64,000 bases of DNA from a virus (Duplodnaviria > Heunggongvirae > Uroviricota > Caudoviricetes), in IMG/VR virus record IMGVR_UViG_3300042564_004805, positions 1-64,000 of that record; one strand, given 5' to 3'. Of the stretch, positions 54,549 to 62,539 are shown one piece after another. The notes beneath the pieces are model-generated. The model worked only from the letters and a program-made list of their open reading frames with translations. It did no database searches and was not told where the DNA came from. The position numbers and the translations under genes were made by a program. Positions within the stretch are counted from its first letter, which is position 1. Each line of letters opens with the position of its first letter.

Positions 54549-56207
54549 CTATTCAAATTCATCAAAATCCATGACAATGTTGTTATCAGCGTTCATTCCT
54601 GTGATTTTGGCTAACATAGCAGAATGTTTTTCAATCAGTTGCATGGGTTTTTCACTAGTGAAGATCTCTTCACAAAGTCCCCCAGCAAATTCAATCAAGT
54701 CTTCGCTGATGTGATGTTTCCTCTCCTCCATTGGCAGGTCTTGCATTGCACATGCATGTTGAATAGCTTCAATATGAAGCTCAACATTGTGGCTCATGCC
54801 CAGCACATAGCTGAGACCATCCATGCTGCTGGGCCATTTGACCTGATACTTTTCATGGTCCTTAAACTCTTTCTTGCCCCAATCAAACATGCCGCTGCCG
54901 TGGTCAGTGTGCTCATGCATAAGATAATGTTTGTATTCATCACTGTAGCGAAACTTCTCGCCATGAACGCCTTCCAAGCTTTGTTGATACAACAAGCTTT
55001 CAAACTCTTTTTGTGAAAAAGCTTGTTTTTTGAAATTGAGATCTTCATAACCTTTGACACAGATATCACCAATGGTGATCCGCTTGCCAATGCTGCTTTC
55101 GCGAACAGCATGTTTTTGATTGTGGCGATTGATCCAGTCTTGAAACAGTTCTTGACTGCCCTTAAGCTCTTTTTTGTCTGGCAACGAGTTGTTTTTATAT
55201 GCAATGCTTTGCGGACTTACTTCCCAACTGTAGTAGATGTTGCCTTTTGCTACGTTCACAAAAGGACTTGCTGCATCGTAACTGAGAGTTGTACGCTCGT
55301 TGATGTGCTTTCTCCACACTCGTTGAAGTGTAGTAAGAGCGCAGCCTGCCTTGATTTTGCCATTGCCTAGATAATGGATCCAATCTCTGTTATCCAAATA
55401 CTTGCCATCTCGCATGATAATGATCCGACGGAGATTTATAGCAAAGTTGCTGGCTTGCACATTACTGAATGCCCAGGTTTCAAAAGGAAGATCTTTCACA
55501 ACGTCCCACCAAATGTCACCTTCTTCTTGATTGCGCCCCTGCAACACATTCAAAAATTGTGTACTACCTTCCCGACGATTTTTGATGAAAAAGTTGTGAT
55601 TCTCCATACTGCTTTCAAGACAGTCTCTAAAGTTCTTAACCCCAGGATGTAGGTTCTCACCTGTGATGGGATCGTTACCAAACTTCAACAAGCTGCCTGT
55701 GGGGACATCTAATACCATACTGTAGTCACAAGTGTGTTCAAGCCAGCGTAGGATTTTCATCCTAATGGCGTCTTTGTCCTTCATCCAGTCTTGATCAGTT
55801 TGCTTTTCTTTTTTCTGCCAAGGCCATTTGAGAACGCCAGTAGCAATCTGATAACCACCACTGTCGCCCACAATTACTGAGGCGTTTTTGTCTCGCTTTT
55901 GCACCATAGCTTCTTGGATATCACTTTGAGCAGGATCCCAATAACTGTGACCGCTGCTGTAGAGTGCAGTGGGATAATAAAATAAGTTGGTATTGGTTTG
56001 CAGAAAGTCCAAATCCTGCAATCCACCCGGCAGCCCCTTGACTGTGCGAGCGTTGGGCTGACTTACTAGTCGCACATAGATCGCTGAGATTGAAGGAAGA
56101 AAAATAGCATAGTCCTTGTTGGTGGTCCACATGTCTCTACCCACCACAGGTTGCATGTTTTGATCAATTTTTTTCAAATGTGGGTTGGGGCTGGAAAGTT
56201 TTGTCAT
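54549..56207 (-). CDS. tRNA-guanine transglycosylase-like protein (candidate DpdA-type DNA 7-deazaguanine transglycosylase)
   Basis: VIVGDSGGYQIATG resembles the TGT catalytic ILTDSGGFQVFSL; sits next to FolE; 552 aa is longer than known TGT/DpdA. Confidence 0.5.
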   Translation of the reverse strand: MTKLSSPNPHLKKIDQNMQPVVGRDMWTTNKDYAIFLPSISAIYVRLVSQPNARTVKGLPGGLQDLDFLQTNTNLFYYPTALYSSGHSYWDPAQSDIQEAMVQKRDKNASVIVGDSGGYQIATGVLKWPWQKKEKQTDQDWMKDKDAIRMKILRWLEHTCDYSMVLDVPTGSLLKFGNDPITGENLHPGVKNFRDCLESSMENHNFFIKNRREGSTQFLNVLQGRNQEEGDIWWDVVKDLPFETWAFSNVQASNFAINLRRIIIMRDGKYLDNRDWIHYLGNGKIKAGCALTTLQRVWRKHINERTTLSYDAASPFVNVAKGNIYYSWEVSPQSIAYKNNSLPDKKELKGSQELFQDWINRHNQKHAVRESSIGKRITIGDICVKGYEDLNFKKQAFSQKEFESLLYQQSLEGVHGEKFRYSDEYKHYLMHEHTDHGSGMFDWGKKEFKDHEKYQVKWPSSMDGLSYVLGMSHNVELHIEAIQHACAMQDLPMEERKHHISEDLIEFAGGLCEEIFTSEKPMQLIEKHSAMLAKITGMNADNNIVMDFDEFE

Positions 56208-56216
56208 AGATATATC

Positions 56217-57305
56217 TTACTTTACTGTGGTTGATCTAGCAACTGTGTTGCTGATGTTTTCAAACATTACGCTAGCTGAAAGATATTTTTGTAAGAGCAC
56301 TTTCTTTTGCTTTTCCAACTGCCTACTGAACTTTTTGGGGTGATTCAATCTGTACTGAATAAATTCAGTCAATTGTTGTTTGTGTGTTTGATAACTTTCC
56401 CAATCTTGAGTCCAGTTGCTGGGATAGAGAAAATCAGGATGATACATTTCGCTGTAGCTGCACCGATTGGGCAGCACTGGGATCACATCTGCCAGCACAG
56501 CTTCCATTACACTGATGCCCAAGTTTTCATGCAAGCTACAGGAAAAAATTACTTGGCAGTCAGCCAGCTTTTCGTAATAACTGCTTTTGTTGAGATTCAT
56601 TTTTTGTGTAATACACCAAGGCTGTTTCATGCTGTTGGAGAGATCTTCAGCAATTTCAGGCTGCTTATCTGGATTGTAACGGTGTGGCCAAATAACGCCC
56701 TGTTTCCTCTCTCGGCTGTCCTGCATAATATCTTGCATTTGTTTGACAATAGCAGAGTGTGGTTGCCCACTAGTTTTGGCTTTGTGATGATATTCATTGC
56801 TGATGCCCAGATTGCTCAAAAACATTTTTTTATGAAAATCTGTTGCATACCAATTCTCATCGCAGGCATGAAACAGTGCCTGCTCAGCTAGCCAGGGCCA
56901 CGGTTTGCTCATTTTATATCCAAGGATATCAGTGGGATCGTATGCTCCAGCATGCCAGTAACCTTGTATGTTCCAATTATATCCCATGAGATCATTCATA
57001 TACTTGACTTGCAGAATCACTGGATTCCAAGCGTCAGTGAACAAATGCACATCATTTGGAGTTGTTTCTCCAGCATCATGTTTGTTGAGAAACTCAACCA
57101 GTTGAGTGCTTTTCCATCTGTTGGTGTCGCTGAAATTCAAAAATGCACCAGATGTGGTGCTTGTAGTGTTTTGGACCCCATCAAGTTGGATTACTTTTGC
57201 TGCATTTCCAACTATTTCTTGGAGCCGCAACGGAATCTCGTGATACCATTGTTGGGTGTAGCGATTATCCAATGGCTCGATAGGCCATACAAATACATTG
57301 GGCAT
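56217..57305 (-). CDS. glycosyltransferase (GT4-like)
   Basis: C-terminus HENLGISVMEAVLADVIPVL is Glycos_transf_1-like. Confidence 0.55.
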   Translation of the reverse strand: MPNVFVWPIEPLDNRYTQQWYHEIPLRLQEIVGNAAKVIQLDGVQNTTSTTSGAFLNFSDTNRWKSTQLVEFLNKHDAGETTPNDVHLFTDAWNPVILQVKYMNDLMGYNWNIQGYWHAGAYDPTDILGYKMSKPWPWLAEQALFHACDENWYATDFHKKMFLSNLGISNEYHHKAKTSGQPHSAIVKQMQDIMQDSRERKQGVIWPHRYNPDKQPEIAEDLSNSMKQPWCITQKMNLNKSSYYEKLADCQVIFSCSLHENLGISVMEAVLADVIPVLPNRCSYSEMYHPDFLYPSNWTQDWESYQTHKQQLTEFIQYRLNHPKKFSRQLEKQKKVLLQKYLSASVMFENISNTVARSTTVK

Positions 57306-57358
57306 TTTTGATCCTTCAAATATTCTCTAATAGAGATAGTATATAAACCACAGGAGTT

Positions 57359-57388
57359 TTTGACAATTATAGCATTGAAAATTATAAG
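57359..57388 (+). promoter_or_regulatory. orphan plus-strand sigma70-like promoter (TTGACA-18-TATAAG) abutting a long hairpin
   Basis: ttgaca at 57359-57364 and tataag at 57383-57388; no plus-strand ORF downstream. Confidence 0.35.
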
Positions 57389-57398
57389 GTTATCGCCA

Positions 57399-57460
57399 AT
57401 ACAAAGTATTTGAGCCAGCACAATCCTATCTCGATCTCCTGGCGCTCAAATACTTTGTAT
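57399..57460. terminator. long hairpin (17-bp perfect stem ATACAAAGTATTTGAGC, 28-nt loop) downstream of the QueD-like gene
   Basis: perfect inverted repeat at 57399-57415 and 57444-57460. Confidence 0.4.
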
Positions 57461-57475
57461 AGCAATCCTTGGTGG

Positions 57476-57847
57476 TTATGCAGCGTCCCAGGCTAGCACA
57501 GCCCCATTCTCACCATCTTCACTAACGTCAATGCTCACTGCACGACCTGGATAGCGAGCAGAGATTTGGGCGTAGAGGTCTTCGGCGATCATCTCGCAGC
57601 TTTTGAAATCCAGTTGGATCACACCATCACCATAGAGACTTTCCAGCCAACGCTTGAAAATGATAAATTCAATGTCTCGGTCTAGGTGATTGACGCCAAT
57701 TCCAACCTTGAAATGAAACATGTGCCTATGCGGATATTGAAGAAAATTTACATCTGCAAGGGAGGGGTCAGTTCCAGCTGCTGGATACTTGTGAATCCCT
57801 TCACGTTGAAAAGTCACGTAGATTTTTCTTGTAGTTGGTTCTGTCAT
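57476..57847 (-). CDS. possible QueD/PTPS-like T-fold protein (weak)
   Basis: VTFQREGIHKYP and PHRHMFHFKV loosely parallel QueD FTFEAAHRLP and HGHSFMVRL; the catalytic Cys is not evident. Confidence 0.3.
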   Translation of the reverse strand: MTEPTTRKIYVTFQREGIHKYPAAGTDPSLADVNFLQYPHRHMFHFKVGIGVNHLDRDIEFIIFKRWLESLYGDGVIQLDFKSCEMIAEDLYAQISARYPGRAVSIDVSEDGENGAVLAWDAA

Positions 57848-57903
57848 TATTTCTCTCTTTGTTATGTGTTCAGATTATATGCTGTAGTCAGCTAAATCAA
57901 CCG

Positions 57904-58131
57904 CTACACCAATTGATTTACTGTGCAATATTTGAGGCCACATTGTGCACTACAAAACTCAATACGGGTGGTCCCCATGTCACGGAAATATTCTGGCCAA
58001 ATGTCACTTTGAGTATGGACTACTGCCCCATCATTGTCACAAACGTATTTCCTGTAAGGCTCACAGCTTGTGCCGCATGCAACACATTTGAGAGTGGGAA
58101 AATTTGATGGAATGGTTTTTTTATGTTTCAT
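57904..58131 (-). CDS. small zinc-ribbon-like Cys-rich protein
   Basis: CVACGTSC...C...CSAQCGLKYC. Confidence 0.35.
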   Translation of the reverse strand: MKHKKTIPSNFPTLKCVACGTSCEPYRKYVCDNDGAVVHTQSDIWPEYFRDMGTTRIEFCSAQCGLKYCTVNQLV

Positions 58132-59120
58132 TTGGGTACCAGCGTATCAACAAAGATATCAGTTGTTTTTTCCCAACTCCATCGCTTGCTGCCTTCAAAA
58201 ACAGTTTTTCGACTCAATGTCAAACATTGCGAGATAGCTGTCTGAATATCCTCATTTAGCACACCAGTCACCCCATCATCTACAACATCTATTGGACCCT
58301 GCACAGGAAATGCTGCAACAGGAGTACCAACACTCATGCTTTCAATCATAACCAACCCAAACGTGTCACTTTTGCTGGTGAAAACAAAGCAGTCAGCATT
58401 TTGGAACTGCTGTACCAGTTGCTTACCGCTCAATTGCCCAGTAAATGTCACCCAGGGGTATTTGTTCTGTAACCGCTTGAGATCAGGGCCATCACCAACA
58501 CACACTAGATTGTATTTTTCTGCTGATAGGCTACAAAACACCTCTAAATTTTTCTCAGCACTGATTCGACCAACACTCAACAATGTGGGCTTGGTGTCAC
58601 ACTTGCGGTCATTAAATTGAAACAGTTGGGTGTTGACTCCCCGTGACCATGTGATGGCTTGAGACAGGCCAAGCGACACCATCTCTCTTTGCATAGTAGG
58701 AGTGTTGACCAAAGTTGCTGCACTATTTTGATGAAACCATTTGAGATACCTCATGGTTTTGAGGGCCGGCACACCAAATTTTTCCTTGAGATAGTGATCC
58801 CATCTTGTGTGAAAGCTAGTTGTGTAGCGCCAATTTTTGTTTTGAAAAAATTGCCTAGCAGTTAAGCCCAGCACACCTTCTGTACAAATGTGCAAGTGTG
58901 TGGGTTCATACGCCTCTATTCTTTTTTTCAAATTCCAAAAATTCAATGGTATGCGAGCACCTGGATATACCAATGCAGGCATAGACATCATTTGATCAGG
59001 AGTGATGTGAATGAGATTCTGTATGCCTCGAGAAAACATTTGTTTTTTCACTGCATTCATTGTAGTTACAACACCATTCACTTGGTCTTGGCAGTTGTCA
59101 TCAACAATCACAAGTCTCAT
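58128..59120 (-). CDS. glycosyltransferase (GT4)
   Basis: C-terminus DTFGLVMIESMSVGTPVAAFPVQGPIDVVDDGVTGVL is a Glycos_transf_1 signature. Confidence 0.65.
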   Translation of the reverse strand: MRLVIVDDNCQDQVNGVVTTMNAVKKQMFSRGIQNLIHITPDQMMSMPALVYPGARIPLNFWNLKKRIEAYEPTHLHICTEGVLGLTARQFFQNKNWRYTTSFHTRWDHYLKEKFGVPALKTMRYLKWFHQNSAATLVNTPTMQREMVSLGLSQAITWSRGVNTQLFQFNDRKCDTKPTLLSVGRISAEKNLEVFCSLSAEKYNLVCVGDGPDLKRLQNKYPWVTFTGQLSGKQLVQQFQNADCFVFTSKSDTFGLVMIESMSVGTPVAAFPVQGPIDVVDDGVTGVLNEDIQTAISQCLTLSRKTVFEGSKRWSWEKTTDIFVDTLVPK

Positions 59121-59905
59121 TCAAGGCTCCATGTGTTTTTCGTCATCATACTTTTTGTTTCAGTGTCGTAAACCAGTAGCTCTATTGAGCCATCAAAGTT
59201 TTCAACCAAAGCTGACACAGTTTCACAAAAATCACCACAATTCATATACACAAACCCATCCTCAAACGTTTTCAACGATGGAGAATGAATATGGCCACAA
59301 ATTACTCCATGAAATGCTTCGTCCCGAGCATATTGTACTACATGTTGCTCGTATTTGGTGATAAATGCAACAGCTTGTTTCGTGTTTGTTTTAAGGTATG
59401 AACTTAGACTCCAATAATCTTTTCCAAAAAACCGGCGCATATGATTCAAATGTGTGTTCAACCACAGTAAAAAACTGTGTGCTTTGTCGCCCATCAAGCT
59501 AAGCCATTTGTGATATCGAATTACACCGTCAAACAAATCACCGTGTGTTACCAAAAATCTCTGCCCATGAACAGAGTGATGTTCAAAGGCATTGCCCAGC
59601 TCAATGTTGCCAAAAGTGTGTATGTCTGGAATCCATGCTCGAAGGTACTCATCATGATTACCTAAAACATATCTCACCTGTGTGCCTCTCTTGGCCGCAG
59701 TGAGAATTCTTCGAACCACATTGCTATGTGTTTGTGGCCAGAATTTGCTGCTTTTCAATTTCCACAAATCAAATATGTCACCAACGAGGTATAGATTTTG
59801 GCAGGAGTTGTGTTTCAAAAACTCCACAAGTAGCTCAGCTTGGCATGCACGACTACCAAGATGCGTATCGCTTATGAAGATGCTACGATATTTGCTGTTT
59901 GGCAT
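59117..59905 (-). CDS. calcineurin-like metallophosphoesterase (LpxH-like)
   Basis: ISDTHLG, LYLVGDIFD, GNHDE motifs. Confidence 0.7.
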   Translation of the reverse strand: MPNSKYRSIFISDTHLGSRACQAELLVEFLKHNSCQNLYLVGDIFDLWKLKSSKFWPQTHSNVVRRILTAAKRGTQVRYVLGNHDEYLRAWIPDIHTFGNIELGNAFEHHSVHGQRFLVTHGDLFDGVIRYHKWLSLMGDKAHSFLLWLNTHLNHMRRFFGKDYWSLSSYLKTNTKQAVAFITKYEQHVVQYARDEAFHGVICGHIHSPSLKTFEDGFVYMNCGDFCETVSALVENFDGSIELLVYDTETKSMMTKNTWSLE

Positions 59906-60459
59906 TATAGACCTTTCAGGTTCATCAAAACTTTTTTATAGTTACTAAGATTCTTGTTCTGAAACCTCTTGTCGTTTGCGTCAATCCAGCGCCAAAAATT
60001 CTCCTGTAAGAGAGGATGAACCTCAGGAAGGTCTAACTCAAATTCTGGCATTTCCACTTCTGCCATGCTCAAATAAATGTCGCCGCTTTTGGGATTTTTG
60101 AAAAAATCCACGTCCCAACAGTTCAACCCTTCTTGAAACTTGCAGCGAGTTTTGTGGATTACGGGTTTAGCTATCAAGAAAAGTTTGTGATAGTCGTGGA
60201 TTGAAATTTCTGTTTCGATCTCCACTGTATTTCCAGTAACCTTGGTTTTGAAAGTGAACCAATGCGTTTCTGCATCACCATTGTGTGGTACCACATGTCG
60301 AATTCTTGCACTTTTGTTGATATAACCCTGTGTTATTTCAAAGGTTTGCACAAGGGGTTGGCGTTTCAAATGTCGTAGTAGCTCCTGCGGGCTTTCAGGT
60401 CGCAGGAGCATTTTGCGTTCGTGTTCAACTGGCACAAGCAGTCTCCAAAAAATGGGCAC
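59905..60459 (-). CDS. CYTH-domain (triphosphate tunnel metalloenzyme) protein
   Basis: N-terminal VEHERKMLL is EiErKfLv-like; later acidic EVEMPEFELDL. Confidence 0.55.
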   Translation of the reverse strand: MPIFWRLLVPVEHERKMLLRPESPQELLRHLKRQPLVQTFEITQGYINKSARIRHVVPHNGDAETHWFTFKTKVTGNTVEIETEISIHDYHKLFLIAKPVIHKTRCKFQEGLNCWDVDFFKNPKSGDIYLSMAEVEMPEFELDLPEVHPLLQENFWRWIDANDKRFQNKNLSNYKKVLMNLKGL

Positions 60460-60482
60460 TGTGGGGTGCCCACTGTGTCCTA

Positions 60483-61241
60483 TTAGCGCAGCTTTGCTGG
60501 CAGCACATACTTGTATGTGGTAATGCCAGTATTGAGCTTGAGCTGAATAGCACCCTTGACGGAGAAGCTCATTTCAGCATCAGCACCATCAACCAGCTTC
60601 AAAAGTGCAGATACAAGAGCAATAGGCCATTTGTGTGAGCTTTCAAACTCGCCCGTAACCCCTGTAGCAAACACTACACCGCCGCGTTGAGTAGCTGCAC
60701 CTTCATCTCCAATGAAAAACTTGAGGTTACCATCAACTGTCTTGGGAATGAAGTATTGCTCGTAGCTGCTGAGACTGCCAGCAGCCCAATTGAACTGTTG
60801 AATGTTGCTTTTGCTGGGTTTGATTTTCACGTCCCACTGTGGTTCCATGTACTTGGGTTGATCTGGGACCATGTTTTTTGCTAGGAAGCGATAATTGATG
60901 AAACTATTGCTCTTGTTTGTGTAGTGCATCTCAGTGGGAACGTCTACACCTTCACGCTCAGTAAGCACTAGTTCAAGCTTGCTGTCTTTGTGGGCAAACT
61001 CGGAATCATTCACAATGCTGTTGAGCAAGCCTAGATTGGCAAGGCCAAATTCTCCAGCCCAGCCGTCCACAGGATGCAAAGTTTCAGCCTTGAGAATCAC
61101 TTGTTTGTCTTTGTCAATAGCCTCAATGGTGCTGGTTTTGGCGCCACCAGACACCTTGATTTTTTCGTAAAAGCCAGTACTGATCACGTTCTTTGCAAGA
61201 TCAGAAATTGCATCCTTAATAGCTGTTGCTGTCATTTTCAA
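60483..61241 (-). CDS. sliding clamp (T4 gp45-like)
   Basis: FGLANLGLLNSIVNDSEFA parallels gp45 LNGFLGILSLVNDDAEI; ~250 aa; position near the polymerase. Confidence 0.5.
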   Translation of the reverse strand: MKMTATAIKDAISDLAKNVISTGFYEKIKVSGGAKTSTIEAIDKDKQVILKAETLHPVDGWAGEFGLANLGLLNSIVNDSEFAHKDSKLELVLTEREGVDVPTEMHYTNKSNSFINYRFLAKNMVPDQPKYMEPQWDVKIKPSKSNIQQFNWAAGSLSSYEQYFIPKTVDGNLKFFIGDEGAATQRGGVVFATGVTGEFESSHKWPIALVSALLKLVDGADAEMSFSVKGAIQLKLNTGITTYKYVLPAKLR

Positions 61242-61441
61242 TAACTCCCTTTGTTACCCATTTTGCGTTGTGTTGTCTCTTCGTCAACCAGGATGGCATT
61301 TTGTTTCAAATCATCATCAGTCCAACCCATCATGTTCTTGAGTATGAACCTTCGACTTAGCCAAGGTGGTGCACTGTTCAATGCTTCAAATAAAGTTTTG
61401 AGTTCAGTAGGCTCATATATTCGAGTTTTTTGGGATTTCAT
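61238..61441 (-). CDS. hypothetical small protein
   Basis: ORF only. Confidence 0.35.
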   Translation of the reverse strand: MKSQKTRIYEPTELKTLFEALNSAPPWLSRRFILKNMMGWTDDDLKQNAILVDEETTQRKMGNKGSY

Positions 61442-61459
61442 AATTTTTCCACAATTGAG

Positions 61460-62092
61460 TCAGTTGTCAAACACAACCTTTGTAATATAGTGAGCGATGC
61501 TCACGGGTATGTCAACTCTTAAGGGACACCACAGTCGCATTTGATCTTCTTTTTTGAACAGGAGTGCAACGCTGTCTAAATCACTTGAACCTTTGTATGC
61601 CACATAGGCAGTGTGCTCGGGTACCCGATCACTAACAAATATTTGACTGCCTTGTTTGTCAAATTTGCGCAACACGCCTGCTGAGTACCAACAGCCCACT
61701 TGTTTACAGGAATTGCTGTCATCAATATACAGTTGATTGTCTGGTATTTGGGCACGTATCTCCGGAGTTGTGAAAATGAGATTACCACAGCCTCGACGAT
61801 TTTGATGCCCTAATAAGGTTGACTGTCTACGGAGTGCAAATGGCAATCCATCGTATTTTTCCACCACAGTGTTTGCTTGTGAAAACAGCAAATCTTCAGC
61901 TTCAATTATGCTGTCGACTTCATGAAAGTCGTCCACTACTGAATCTAGACACACATGGCCAGTAACGAACACTAAGGTGCTAGTGGGGGTGCTTGTTGGT
62001 GAGTTCCAAGAAGCCGGTGAAGTTGGAGGGTAGGACTTATACCGTAAGAGTTGAGCCCTCTCTTCAAGAGAGGTTCCAAAGAGAGGGCTCAC
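61460..62092 (-). CDS. hypothetical protein
   Basis: 210-aa ORF. Confidence 0.45.
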   Translation of the reverse strand: MSPLFGTSLEERAQLLRYKSYPPTSPASWNSPTSTPTSTLVFVTGHVCLDSVVDDFHEVDSIIEAEDLLFSQANTVVEKYDGLPFALRRQSTLLGHQNRRGCGNLIFTTPEIRAQIPDNQLYIDDSNSCKQVGCWYSAGVLRKFDKQGSQIFVSDRVPEHTAYVAYKGSSDLDSVALLFKKEDQMRLWCPLRVDIPVSIAHYITKVVFDN

Positions 62093-62101
62093 TAGAATTG
62101 G

Positions 62102-62476
62102 CTAATTAGTTTTCTTTTTGGCTGGTGCCTTGCGTTGACTAGGCGCCTTGGGTTCCTTAAGGGCTGTTGTAGCTTTTGGCTTTTTCCCTGTTTTAGCTGG
62201 GGGAGGTTCCTGTGATGGCTCTTGTTTGGCAGTAATTACAGGGGCAGGTTGCTGCAACACTGGTGGATCTGTTGGACTAGACGTGATTGGTTGGTATGCA
62301 CCTTTTTCAATTACAAGGGCTGCCTTCTCTGAGCTGGGTGGCACAGGATTTCCAGCGGGTGTCACAACTATTGGCTGGATTGGTTCTGTCCTGGGTGCAA
62401 GAGTAGTTGAAACTGGTGTTTGATCAGGCCCAAACATCCGTCGTATGCGTTCGTATAAGGCAGAAAAAATATTCAT
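62102..62476 (-). CDS. Pro/Lys-rich hypothetical protein
   Basis: AAGGAA Shine-Dalgarno site; promoter at 62506-62535. Confidence 0.5.
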   Translation of the reverse strand: MNIFSALYERIRRMFGPDQTPVSTTLAPRTEPIQPIVVTPAGNPVPPSSEKAALVIEKGAYQPITSSPTDPPVLQQPAPVITAKQEPSQEPPPAKTGKKPKATTALKEPKAPSQRKAPAKKKTN

Positions 62477-62505
62477 GAATTATTCCTTAAGGTTGACTTT
62501 TGTCA

Positions 62506-62535
62506 AATCTACTTGACATATAGCTCCGTTGTCAA
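62506..62535 (-). promoter_or_regulatory. sigma70-like promoter (TTGACA-18-TAGATT) in a cluster of three TTGAC elements
   Basis: plus-strand tgtcaa at 62530-62535 and aatcta at 62506-62511; additional ttgact at 62492-62497 and ttgaca at 62512-62517. Confidence 0.45.
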
Positions 62536-62539
62536 CCTT

